Assembly (NCBI GenBank): GCA_040772905.1 | Contig: JAXGXJ010000009.1 | Location: 540 to 64,539, forward strand | DNA from: Thermoleophilia bacterium | Lineage (GTDB): Bacteria > Actinomycetota > Thermoleophilia > RBG-16-64-13 | Direction of reading: 5' to 3' | DNA length: 64,000 nt | Part shown: in pieces, positions 9,887-19,539 of the stretch | Layout of the letters: each line of letters starts with the position of its first letter | How positions within the stretch are numbered: the stretch's first letter is position 1 | Position numbers and translations under genes: made by a program | The notes under the pieces: generated by a model | Told to the model about the DNA's origin: nothing | Databases searched by the model: none | Seen by the model: the letters and a program-made list of their open reading frames with translations, nothing else

Positions 9887-11257
9887 GTGGTCCTCATGAC
9901 CTCTGCGGCGGTCAATGTCGCTGACTCGGCGCAGGCTGGTCCAGTGGGCTATTTCCTGCGCTCCTTCGGTTGCCAGATGAACGACCACGACGCCGAGCGC
10001 ATCGCGGGGCTGCTCGAGGGCATGGGTCACACGCGCGTGTCATCGCCCGAGAAGGCCGACATCCTGGTCTACAACACCTGTTCCATCCGCGAGAAGGCCG
10101 ACAACCGGCTGGCCGGACACCTGGGTCTCGCGGCCCGGCTGAAGCGGACGGGGCCGGTGCGGGTGATCGTGGTGGCGGGGTGTCTGGCGCAGAGCCGTCG
10201 CGAGGAGTTCTTCACCGACTTCCCTTGCGTGGACGTGCTGGTGGGTCCGCAGAACCTGCACGATCTGCCCTCGCTTCTCAACGCGCACCTGCGGACGGGG
10301 GAGCGTTCCGCGGCCTTCCAGGAGAGCACTACCACGTGGAGTGCCGACCTTCCGCGCAGCCGTGTCGCCGGGCCCGCGGCCTGGGTGCAGATCGTCGCAG
10401 GCTGCAGCAACTTCTGTTCGTACTGCATCGTGCCCTATGTTCGGGGGCCGGAGGCCTCGCGACCCGCGGCGGCCATCGTGGACGAGGTGGCGGGGCTGGC
10501 GGCGTCAGGTGTGCGTCAGGTGACCTTCCTGGGCCAGAACGTGAACGCGTACGGCAAGGAGCCGGAATTCGCGGGCGAGGAAAGCTTTGCCGACCTTCTC
10601 CGCGCCGCCTGTGACGTGCCCGGGCTGGAGCGGATCCGCTTCATGACCTCGCATCCCAAGGACATGTCCCCAGGACTCATCGAGGTGATGGCGGCGCCGA
10701 ACCAGGTGTGCGAGCACCTGCACCTCCCCGTTCAGTCGGGCAGCGACCGTATCCTGGCGGCCATGCGGCGCGGCTACGACCGGGCCACATACCTGTCGCT
10801 GGTGGGGCGGCTGCGCGCGGCGCTGCCTGACCTCGCGCTCACCACCGATCTCATCGTGGGCTTCCCCGGCGAGACAGAGGAGGATTTCGCCCAGACCCTG
10901 GCGTTGGTGGAGGAGGTCAGGTTCGATGGAGCCTTCACCTTCGTCTACTCGCCGCGTCGCGACACCGACGCCGCCCGTCTTTCGGGGCGCATCGAGCCGG
11001 CTGTGGCCGAAGAACGCATGCACCGCTTGGTGACCGCCATCCAGCGCATCGCCCGGGAGCGCAATGACGCCCTGCTCGGTCGCACGGTGGAAGTCATGGT
11101 GGAGCGACCCAGTCGCCAGCATCCGGGAGAGGTCATGGGGCGCACGCGCGGCCATAAGCCGGTGAACTTCGTCTCCAGCGCGCGACCGGGAGACCTGGTC
11201 GACGTGGAGCTGGTCGAGGCCACCTCCACCAGCTTCCGCGGTCGCCGGCTGTCATGA
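9887..11257 (+). CDS. miaB: tRNA-2-methylthio-N6-dimethylallyladenosine synthase
   Basis: MTTase N-domain (FGCQMNDHDAE, NTCSIRE), radical SAM CSNFCSYC, TRAM domain. Directly upstream of miaA. Confidence 0.9.
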   Translation: MVLMTSAAVNVADSAQAGPVGYFLRSFGCQMNDHDAERIAGLLEGMGHTRVSSPEKADILVYNTCSIREKADNRLAGHLGLAARLKRTGPVRVIVVAGCLAQSRREEFFTDFPCVDVLVGPQNLHDLPSLLNAHLRTGERSAAFQESTTTWSADLPRSRVAGPAAWVQIVAGCSNFCSYCIVPYVRGPEASRPAAAIVDEVAGLAASGVRQVTFLGQNVNAYGKEPEFAGEESFADLLRAACDVPGLERIRFMTSHPKDMSPGLIEVMAAPNQVCEHLHLPVQSGSDRILAAMRRGYDRATYLSLVGRLRAALPDLALTTDLIVGFPGETEEDFAQTLALVEEVRFDGAFTFVYSPRRDTDAARLSGRIEPAVAEERMHRLVTAIQRIARERNDALLGRTVEVMVERPSRQHPGEVMGRTRGHKPVNFVSSARPGDLVDVELVEATSTSFRGRRLS

Positions 11258-12234
11258 ATCCTGGGGGCGCCGTCATCGGCCTGTTGGGGCCGACGGGCGT
11301 GGGCAAGACGTCGGTCGGTGTGGAGCTGGCTGGACGGCTGAGAGCGCGGGTGATCTCGTGCGATTCCATGCAGCTCTATCGCGGTTTCCCCATACTCACG
11401 AACCAACCGACGCCGGAGGAACGGGCCGCCGTCACACATGAGCTGGTGGGTATAGTCGAGCCCGGCGGATGTTTCTCCGCCGCGCAGTACGCGGCTGTAG
11501 CCCGACCGCTCATCGACGAGGACCTCGCACGGTGGGGATGGGCGCTCGTGGTCGGAGGCACCGGTCTCTACTTTCGTGCCGCCGTCGCACCGCTGGACAT
11601 GGCGCCCGCCGTGGATCCCGAGGTGAGGCGTCGGCTGGAGCAGCGGGCAGTCCAGCAGGGGGCCGCAGCTCTGTACGCAGAACTCAGCCGCCTGGACCCT
11701 GAGGCGGCGGCTGCCATCGGGCCGCACAATACGCGCCGCCTGGTGCGCGCCCTGGAGGTGGTGGTGAGCGGTGGCACCGCCTGGTCGGGGCGAGGCGATC
11801 TCTGGGAGCCGGCCTATCGCCATCCCACGCTCACTGTGGGGTTGACGCTGGAGCGGGAGGAGCTCTATCGACGCATCGATGCGCGCACGCCGGGGATCAT
11901 CGTGGGTGGGGCCGAGGAGGTGCGCCGTCATCTGGAAGGTCTGACATCGGAGGAGAGTGCGGAGGAGCGCGAGGCGCCCCGCGCGGGTATCGAGAGCGCC
12001 ATCGGTTATCGGGAGATCCGCCGCTACGTGGACGGTCGGCAGGGCTTTGACGAGACCGTGACCCAAGTGGCGGCGGCTACGCGCCGCTATGCCCGACGCC
12101 AACTCACCTGGCTGCGCAAGCTCGGGGACGCTGTTATCATTGACGTCCATGATCGGGCCCCAGGGGAGGTGGCCGATCAGATTCTCGCACTCGCACTCTC
12201 CGGAGAACACACGAAGGAGCCTCGGCAGGGATGA
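11254..12234 (+). CDS. miaA: tRNA dimethylallyltransferase
   Basis: P-loop GPTGVGKT, DSMQLYRG motif. Confidence 0.9.
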   Translation: MNPGGAVIGLLGPTGVGKTSVGVELAGRLRARVISCDSMQLYRGFPILTNQPTPEERAAVTHELVGIVEPGGCFSAAQYAAVARPLIDEDLARWGWALVVGGTGLYFRAAVAPLDMAPAVDPEVRRRLEQRAVQQGAAALYAELSRLDPEAAAAIGPHNTRRLVRALEVVVSGGTAWSGRGDLWEPAYRHPTLTVGLTLEREELYRRIDARTPGIIVGGAEEVRRHLEGLTSEESAEEREAPRAGIESAIGYREIRRYVDGRQGFDETVTQVAAATRRYARRQLTWLRKLGDAVIIDVHDRAPGEVADQILALALSGEHTKEPRQG

Positions 12235-13166
12235 GACTGGCCAAGTGGCAGGGATTGGGCAACGACTACCTCATCCTCGAGGCCGCTGCGCTGCCCGGGC
12301 CGCTCTCGGCGCAGGCGATCGCGCTGCTCTGCGACCGTCACCTGGGCGTGGGCTCCGACGGGATCCTGCTGCACGACGTCCCCAGCGGGGCCGTGCCGGA
12401 TGCGATCGCGCGCATGCGCATCTTCAACCCCGACGGCAGCGAACCCGAGATGTGCGGTAACGGCATCCGCATGTTTGCCCGCTACCTGGCGATGAAGGGT
12501 GAGGTCCCCGCGGCCGTCTCGCCCGGTGACGAGCCGGAGTACGTGGTGGAGACCCTGGCCGGACCCATCAAACCCCGTCTGCTGGCCGACGGCCGGGTGC
12601 GCGTGGATATGGGGCGCGCCCGTTTCAACAGCGCCAATCTCGATACGGCAGCGCTGGATCCCCCGAACCCCGGTGCGGGGGCGGGTGCTTCCTATGCCGA
12701 TGCCGTGGATGTGGCGTTGACTGCGGGGGGTCGCAGCTACCGTGTCACCTTCGTCGACGTGGGCAATCCGCACTGCGTCGTCCCGGTCGACGACCCGGCG
12801 ACGTTCGACGTGACCGGGGTGGGGCCGCTGTTGGAACGTCACGCCGCGTTCCCCAACCGGGCCAACATCGAGTTCGTGCGCGTCGAGGCCGACGGTTCCG
12901 TGCGCATGCGCGTGTGGGAGCGCGGCGTGGGGGAGACGCAGGCCTGTGGAACGGGAGCGACCGCGGTGGGCGCGGCCATGGTGCGCCTGGGCATGGCCGC
13001 CAGCCCGGTGGTGGTGCGGCTCCTGGGCGGCGACCTCACCATTGAGGTCGGAAGTCCTGACTTCCACGTGTTCATGACCGGACCGGCGGAAGAGGTCTTC
13101 GAATGCGACCTCTCCTCCGACCTGCTCCGGCGGCTGGGCTGGGCCGCAGCCGCCACCCTCTCATAG
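12231..13166 (+). CDS. dapF: diaminopimelate epimerase
   Basis: GLGNDYLIL and MCGNGIR active-site motifs. Confidence 0.85.
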   Translation: MRLAKWQGLGNDYLILEAAALPGPLSAQAIALLCDRHLGVGSDGILLHDVPSGAVPDAIARMRIFNPDGSEPEMCGNGIRMFARYLAMKGEVPAAVSPGDEPEYVVETLAGPIKPRLLADGRVRVDMGRARFNSANLDTAALDPPNPGAGAGASYADAVDVALTAGGRSYRVTFVDVGNPHCVVPVDDPATFDVTGVGPLLERHAAFPNRANIEFVRVEADGSVRMRVWERGVGETQACGTGATAVGAAMVRLGMAASPVVVRLLGGDLTIEVGSPDFHVFMTGPAEEVFECDLSSDLLRRLGWAAAATLS

Positions 13167-13198
13167 ACCCCGACCACTGACCCGCAAGGAGGACCCTC

Positions 13199-14362
13199 GT
13201 GCTCTTCTCCCGCCGCATGGACGATCTGCCGCCGTACCTCTTCGCCCGCATCGAGCAGAAGATCGCCGAGAAGCGCAAGGCCGGCGTCGATGTCATCAGC
13301 CTGGGCATCGGCGATCCCGATCTGCCCACGCCGCAGTACATCGTGGAGGAGATGCAGCGCCAGGTGGCCGATCCTCGCAATCATCGCTATCCCAGTAACT
13401 GGGGCCTTCCTGAGTTCGCACAGGCGGCGGCCGACTTCTACCGGCGGCGGTTCGGCGCCGAGATCGATCCCGCGAAAGAGTTCTTCCCCCTGCTGGGAGC
13501 CAAAGAAGGTCTGGCGCACGTGTGCATGTCCATGCTCGACGCGGGCGATCTGGCCCTCGTCCCCGACCCCGGCTATCCGGTGTACTCGGGCGGCTCCATC
13601 ATGATGGGCGCCGAGGTGCGTTATCTGCATCTGCGCCCCGAGAAAGGCTTCCTGCCCGATCTGGACGAGATCAGCGAAGAGGAGGCCCAGCGCGCCAAGG
13701 TTCTGTTCATCGGCTACCCCAACAATCCCACCGCCGCCGTCATCGAGGACGACTTCTTCGAGCGGGTGGTGGCCTTCGCCAAGAAGTACGACATCGCCGT
13801 GATTCACGACAACGCCTACTCCGAACTCACCTTCGACGGCTACGTGGCTCCCAGCTTCATGGCCACGCCGGGGGCCAAGGACGTGGGCGTGGAATTCTTC
13901 AGCTACTCCAAGCCCTTCAACATGACCGGGTGGCGCCTGGGCTTCGCCGTGGGCAACCGCGAGATCCTGTCCCACCTGTGGCGCCTCAAGACCAACATGG
14001 ATTCCGGTATGTTCGATGCTCTGCAGCGCACGGGTGCCTTCATACTCAACAGCCCCTGGGATTTCGTGACCGAGATGTGCGAGATCTACCGGCGCCGCCG
14101 TGACCTCTTGGCCGAGGCGCTTGTCTCGGTGGGCATGCAGGTGCCCAAGCCCAAGGCCACCATCTACATGTGGATCCCGGTACCCGAGGGTTACACGTCG
14201 GCCACGTTCGCGGAACACGTGCTCGACCAGGCCGGCGTGGTGGTGACTCCCGGCGCCGGTTACGGGCCCGCAGGCGAGGGTTTCTTCAGGTTGTCGCTCA
14301 CCACGCCCGACGACCGCATCGCCGAGGCAGTGGACCGCATCGAGCACTCCCTGCGCCTGTGA
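13199..14362 (+). CDS. dapL: LL-diaminopimelate aminotransferase-like class I aminotransferase
   Basis: PLP fold-type I aminotransferase; N-terminus (LPPYLFARIEQ...ISLGIGDPDLPTP) typical of DapL. Follows dapF. GTG start. Confidence 0.65.
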   Translation: MLFSRRMDDLPPYLFARIEQKIAEKRKAGVDVISLGIGDPDLPTPQYIVEEMQRQVADPRNHRYPSNWGLPEFAQAAADFYRRRFGAEIDPAKEFFPLLGAKEGLAHVCMSMLDAGDLALVPDPGYPVYSGGSIMMGAEVRYLHLRPEKGFLPDLDEISEEEAQRAKVLFIGYPNNPTAAVIEDDFFERVVAFAKKYDIAVIHDNAYSELTFDGYVAPSFMATPGAKDVGVEFFSYSKPFNMTGWRLGFAVGNREILSHLWRLKTNMDSGMFDALQRTGAFILNSPWDFVTEMCEIYRRRRDLLAEALVSVGMQVPKPKATIYMWIPVPEGYTSATFAEHVLDQAGVVVTPGAGYGPAGEGFFRLSLTTPDDRIAEAVDRIEHSLRL

Positions 14363-14394
14363 GCGGCCGAGGGAGCGGAGGGGGTGAACCTCCA

Positions 14395-14823
14395 GTGGAG
14401 CTAAAGGTGAAGTTGCTCCACCCCGACGCGCAGCTGCCGCGGCGCGCCCATCCGGGGGACGCCGGTGCCGACCTCTGCTCGGTGGAGGAAGTCGTCATCC
14501 CGCCGGGAGAACGCCGCGACGTGGGCACGGGCCTGGCGTTGGCCATCCCGTCCGGCTGCGCGGGATTCGTGCAGCCTCGCTCAGGTCTGGCGTTCAAGCA
14601 CGGCATCATGGTGGTCAACTCGCCGGGCCTCATCGACGCGGGCTATCGCGGCGAGGTGCGGGTGTCGCTGTACAACTCTGGCTCTGAGCCCTTCCCGGTG
14701 CGGGTGGGGGAGCGTATCGCCCAGCTGGTCATTCAGAGAGTGGAGGAGCCTGCTTTTGTCGCCGCCGGCGAACTGCCCGAGACGGTCCGCGGAGACGGGG
14801 GGTTCGGCAGCTCGGGGCGGTAG
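14395..14823 (+). CDS. dut: dUTP diphosphatase
   Basis: dUTPase motifs (AGADL, RSGLA, GLIDAGYRGEV). GTG start preceded by GGAGG. Confidence 0.85.
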   Translation: MELKVKLLHPDAQLPRRAHPGDAGADLCSVEEVVIPPGERRDVGTGLALAIPSGCAGFVQPRSGLAFKHGIMVVNSPGLIDAGYRGEVRVSLYNSGSEPFPVRVGERIAQLVIQRVEEPAFVAAGELPETVRGDGGFGSSGR

Positions 14824-14878
14824 CCACGCTCCTGCGCGGGGCGAGGCCTCACCGGAACCCGCTCCCACCCGAAGGAAC

Positions 14879-15862
14879 TCATTGGGGTGGGATGGTGTAC
14901 TCCTCCCAGGTGTTGGGGACGATGGCCACGCTGAGTGTGTGCTTCTGATTGGCCCAGCGTATGTAGTCCCCGTTATACGCGATCGTCGGCGTACCCACAC
15001 CCTCGACATCACCGTCGCTCAGTAGGCACCCAATGATGTGGTCGACCTTGGGGTCGTGACTGCGGAGGAGAACATCACCGACGACTATCAGCACACCGTG
15101 GAATGGGAACGTCCCCGACCAGTCGATTACCGGAGAGGTGGCGTTCCGAGCGTCCACGACCAGAACGAGCGGCGCCTCTGGGGTGCCCATGGGCTCGTTC
15201 CCGGCCGCCTTGATGTCGATCTGTGAGGACTGTGTCTCAAAGTAGACGATACTGCCAGGGGCTTCGTCGCCACGGAGGTACGTCACGAGTTCGTCGGTTG
15301 AACGCTGGGCATGGTCGAAGTAGCCGTTCGGTTGGGACATCTGCTTCAGTAGGTCGAGCTTCCAGTCAGGGAGGACACTGTCAAATGAGCAGGTGGGCTC
15401 TGTCACGATGCGGATGCCCATCCCAGGGTTGACATCGCTGTTGAAGGATCCACGGCCTGTGTAACGGACCGCGGCACCCTCTTCGCCCGTTGCCGGGTCG
15501 ACGGGCAATGACCCGGTGTAGTTGGAGTCGACCTTCACGTTCAGGCCGTGGCTGTTGCCCCCGGCGGTGTCGGCCAGCAGGGCGATGTCGGGAAGATCCA
15601 AAGGCTGTGCCAAGCGATTGACCTGCACGAGTATCCTGTGACGGGCATTGTCGACCAGAGCTTCACTGTCGATCCACATCACGTCGTTCTCGTTGGAATC
15701 GTAGGGGACACGGTTGGCCTCGACCGAGGTGGGATTGTCCGGGGTGTCGTCATAGGTGATGGCGTAGATGAACTGACGGTCTGCGCTGGGATCGCGAAAC
15801 TCGGTCTCGTCGAAGTAGCTGGGAATGCGTAGGATCGACGGCCACGGATTCCCCCGGTTCAT
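14879..15862 (-). CDS. PilX-like minor-pilin C-terminal domain protein with no N-terminal signal or TM segment; probably the downstream portion of a split pilX-like gene
   Basis: Strong GC3 coding signal across 327 aa. C-terminal motif GVLIVVGDVLL...GCLLSDGDV resembles PilX-type assembly proteins. Its start overlaps the stop of the 70-aa upstream ORF in an ATGA arrangement. Confidence 0.5.
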   Translation of the reverse strand: MNRGNPWPSILRIPSYFDETEFRDPSADRQFIYAITYDDTPDNPTSVEANRVPYDSNENDVMWIDSEALVDNARHRILVQVNRLAQPLDLPDIALLADTAGGNSHGLNVKVDSNYTGSLPVDPATGEEGAAVRYTGRGSFNSDVNPGMGIRIVTEPTCSFDSVLPDWKLDLLKQMSQPNGYFDHAQRSTDELVTYLRGDEAPGSIVYFETQSSQIDIKAAGNEPMGTPEAPLVLVVDARNATSPVIDWSGTFPFHGVLIVVGDVLLRSHDPKVDHIIGCLLSDGDVEGVGTPTIAYNGDYIRWANQKHTLSVAIVPNTWEEYTIPPQ

Positions 15863-16071
15863 CGGCCAGGTGGCTCGAGGGCGACGATGGCCGAATCGAC
15901 TCCGGCTTCAGCCACGTTGAATGATTTCACGTCTCTCCGCTCCATTGCGGCGCTCTGATTGGAGGACTGGAGCAGGAAGAACAGGGCCACTCCGATCATG
16001 ACGAACACGACCGCGAAGGCTTCCACCATCACGATGACCGATCCTTGCTCACCTTTGAGTCTATCTCTCAC
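15859..16071 (-). CDS. PilX_N-like fragment (70 aa): TM anchor plus AEAG motif; likely the N-terminal piece of a split or frameshifted pilX-like gene
   Basis: QGSVIVMVEAFAVVFVMIGVALFF hydrophobic anchor followed by ...NVAEAGVDSAI (PilX_N-like). Its N-terminus resembles the plus-strand pilX-like copy (RGSAVLLMLF...). Confidence 0.4.
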   Translation of the reverse strand: MRDRLKGEQGSVIVMVEAFAVVFVMIGVALFFLLQSSNQSAAMERRDVKSFNVAEAGVDSAIVALEPPGR

Positions 16072-16107
16072 GGCCCCTGCTCTATGGCTCTGTCCGTCCT
16101 GTGTCGG

Positions 16108-16739
16108 TCATTGCTTCAGGTTGCGCGGTTGTACTACCGAGGTGAGGACGTTGGTCGCCGGCCTCCGACCGGTGTCGACGTCGACGCGCAGATTGATCTC
16201 GATCTGACGTATGCGGGTGATGTCACTGGTCTCTTCACCAAGCGCATTGCGATAGGTGAAGAGGGGATAGGCGGCGCTGTCGTTCGCTACGTTCGACGAC
16301 ACGAGACGCGTGGGAGGATCGACGAAGAGCTCCCGTGGCGGAGGAGTCCACTCTCCCGCAGTAGTTCGAACACAGTGCCGCTCGGGGGTTCGACAGGGGG
16401 TCGGGTGACACCCTGAAGCGGACCAGCTGGAGGTCATGGCTGCCGTCGCGTTCCACGTCCGTCCACAGGCTGAGGGAGAAGGGCCCGGCGTCGATGATGA
16501 CTGCATCCAGTTCCTCGGAGGAGACCGAGATGGGTTGCCGGGCCGTGCGGATGTACTCCACCATCTCGGTCATGGCCAATCTGGCTTCTTGCTGCACCGT
16601 GATGTCGTCTTCGGTGAAGGCATAGGTCCGCGATAATCTGCCACACCGCGAATATGGCCCCCATGATGACGATCAGCAAGAGTGACGCTACCAGCAGTTC
16701 GACGAGCGAGACGCCGGCCTGACCCGCAAGATGGCGCAT
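16108..16739 (-). pseudogene. PilW/GspJ-like pseudopilin gene interrupted by two frameshifts
   Basis: Prepilin N-terminus AGVSLVELLVASLLLIVIMGAIF in frame A. The protein continues convincingly in a second frame (AFTEDDITVQQEARLAMTEMVEYIRTARQPIS...) and a third (RELFVDPPTRLVSSNVANDSAAYPLFTYRNALGEE...). Shift points are near 16620 and near 16360. Confidence 0.5.
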
Positions 16740-16799
16740 GAGATGGTCGGGTCGAACCCGAGCACGGGCCCCGGCATGTGGTTGTGGCGTCTCCAGTCT

Positions 16800-18493
16800 C
16801 GCGTGCATGTTCAGACAGCTTTCACGGATGTTGACCGTCAAGTCTGCGCCGTTGACATAGAAGCTTCGGAATGGGTTCAAGCCGGACGCTAAGAGGCTGA
16901 TGTTGTAGTGTCCATTGGGCAGGGTCGCGATCGCGTTTGTGGTCTGCTTCTTGATGCTCACCGAATAGACAAGGTTCTTGGCTTGGTCGTGGACGTAGAT
17001 GCGGTTCGGGATTGTTCGATTTGGTGAACTTCACGGAATATGTCAGCTCCGGCGACGGCTGGGCGACGGCCACGGTGAGGCTCACGATGGCTCCCTGCTC
17101 CACCTCTGTCCCTTCGGCTGGGTTCTGCGCGAGCACGGTGTCCGGAGGGACGGTACCGTCCGGCCTCCGTGACGGCCCAACCCAATCCAGGAAGATCCAG
17201 GTTCAAGGGGTCTATCCTGGTTGCGTGGAGGTCCTGCGCATCGGCGAGCAGAAGCTCGGTCAAGGATGGAACCAGCACCTTGTCGGTGGGTGTCACTCGC
17301 CTAACGCCACAGCCCTGACCGGCGCCGCTTCAGGTGCCGCTCGGTCGCCGGTGTCGACTCCATAGATGCGGTACTGGTAGTGCGGGGCCCGTCGGACGGC
17401 CACAGGGCGGAGTGTCCATGTAGGGCGGGGACGTCGCCGGATCGAGGGCTCCCACATCGGTGTACTGTGTGGTGCCCGGAGAGAGTTCGGCTACCGGCGC
17501 CCACTCGTTGATGGGAGTGCCGTTCGCCAGGGTCTCTTGTCTTTTCGAGCACGTACAGCTTCGGTCGCTCTGCCCCAGGGGTCCAGCGGAGGAGGGCTGT
17601 CGTATCGGAGGTAGCGGTGGCCGTGAAGGCGGTCGGCGCTTCCGGAGGGCCCTTCTCCACCCGCAATCTCAGCACCCACGTATTGCCGGGTTGGCGGTAG
17701 GCGTTGTACATGGTGGCGTGGAGATCCCAATAGCCGTCGGGTATATCGCGGGCGTCGAACGCGTCCGGAAGTAGATCTCCTGCACGGCGCCGTCGTTCAC
17801 GACAGCCACCAGCCCGCTGCTGTCCACCTCGTATTCCTTCGCTGCGATCCCCGCTTCATCTCTGAATAGATACTTGAGAAAGATGTCGTTGGGAGAAGGT
17901 AGCGGGGGGACGAGGCTGCTGTAGGCCAAGAACCAGTCGGATTCGGCGATGTGGCATCTGATGTTGGTGCTGACGCCGTCGGTCCTCAGGACCGGGAACG
18001 GGGTCTGCACGGCGTCGAGGTTGTCCTTGAGGTGGTCCACACCTCCAGCCACCCCATCTTCGGACCCAGGTATTGCTCGGCTACTGTCTTCAGCACAGCC
18101 GGAGATACCGAGTGGGAGGAGCATCCCACGTGACCGTGACCTCGACGCTCCTTGACCGCTGGTCATCCTGAGTTCCTCGACGTCGTAATCGATGGAGAAG
18201 GTCATGTTCCGTTCCGGGACGAACTCGGTCGTACCGAAGCGCACGCTGAGGTTCCTGGGGTCTGAGGGATTGGCCTCGTCTTCAACGATCTCGCGGTAAT
18301 CGAGCTGGCGGATCGCCTCGAGCTTCTCGCGGGCGATGTTGGTGGCCACGCTCTTGTGCCGCGCAGCCGAGGCGTGGCTCAAGCCGCCCAAGAAGAACGG
18401 GACGACGCCGGCCATGACCACCAGGAAGAGCAGCGTGGCGACCATGATCTCGATCAGAGTGAAGCCACCGCTTCTTGGATCCCTGCTAATCAT
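16800..18493 (-). pseudogene. large pilin-like protein (prepilin N-terminus plus FN3-like domain(s)) broken by at least four frameshifts; 3' boundary approximate
   Basis: Prepilin motif SGGFTLIEIMVATLLFLVVMAG near 18460. Coherent protein sequence can only be followed by hopping frames (...EIYFRTR / FDARDIPDGYWDLHATMYNAYRQPGNTWVLRL...ALLRWTPGAERPKLYV / QETLANGTPINEWAPVAELSPGTTQYTDVGALDPATSPPY / HYQYRIYGVDTGD...). FN3-like W...Y...Y.Y pattern. Confidence 0.45.
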
Positions 18494-18914
18494 CTTGACG
18501 AGCCTGGAGAGTCTTCGGGTCATCGCTCGATCGTTCCTCTTGTCGCCGCTCACGCGCATTTCTATCTGTTCGTGTATCGGCAGTAATCCGCTGCTTCTTT
18601 AGGCTGCGCAGTGTCCGGGGACGCGGAGCGATGCCGCAGTTGAAGCCAGTCGGGTGCGGTGACCTCTTTGGGACGAGGCTCTCTGCAAGGGACGGTCACA
18701 TTCTAAGCGTGCGCGAGCGCGAGATAACCAGGTCAAGACGAGGTAGTGGGCTGCGATGTGCCTCGTTTCCACGGGTGGCGGTCCCAAGCTGCGACGAAGG
18801 GTGCAAGGGAGAGACTAAAGTCGTGCGCCATGATGCCGATATCTGACCCGAGGTCGTGAAGTCGGCCCGACCGAGGTGCAAGGGTTGAGTCAAAGTACGT
18901 TCGAGGAGGAAAGT

Positions 18915-19424
18915 ATGTTCACTCGTATCCGCAAGAGGATGAAAGGGCAGAAGGGCTTCACGCTCATCGAGCTCCTGGTAGTCATCATCATCATCGCCAT
19001 CCTGGCGGCGATCGCCATCCCGACCTTCCTCGGGCAGCGCGAGAAGGCCCAGGACGCCGCTTCGAAATCCCTGGTGCGCAACGCCATGACCGCCATGGAA
19101 TCGACCTACGTCGACCTGAGAGACTTCACAGAAGTGGACGAAGCCGTTCTGGCGGCCATCGAGCCTGCAATCGACTGGGCTGCTACCGCGGGCACGAGCC
19201 CGGCGGAGGATCCGGCGGACACGGCTCTCACATCGGCCAACGCGGTCGATTGGGCCGGGACCGGCACGAACACCTACGAGATCGGGACCATCTCGGAATC
19301 TGAAAACACGTTCGGCGTCAAGGTTAACAAGAGTGATGCGCCCGGCGCTGAGTACTACATCAACGGACAAGAAGTAGACCCCGGCTGGACCGGTGGCATC
19401 CCTTCGGCTGGCGGTGGCAGCTAG
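18915..19424 (+). CDS. pilA: type IV major pilin (class III signal peptide, prepilin cleavage at G|FTLIE)
   Basis: MFTRIRKRMKGQKG|FTLIELLVVIIIIAILAAIAIP. AGGAGGA Shine-Dalgarno 6 nt upstream of the ATG at 18915. Confidence 0.8.
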   Translation: MFTRIRKRMKGQKGFTLIELLVVIIIIAILAAIAIPTFLGQREKAQDAASKSLVRNAMTAMESTYVDLRDFTEVDEAVLAAIEPAIDWAATAGTSPAEDPADTALTSANAVDWAGTGTNTYEIGTISESENTFGVKVNKSDAPGAEYYINGQEVDPGWTGGIPSAGGGS

Positions 19425-19539
19425 ACGTTCTGGCGACGTGCCGATTGGTGCATGCCATTGGCGCATGCCGGGGGAGAGATTCAGAACACGAACGGGGCGG
19501 GCACATGTGCCCGCCCCGCTTTGTGCTGTGAGAACATGC

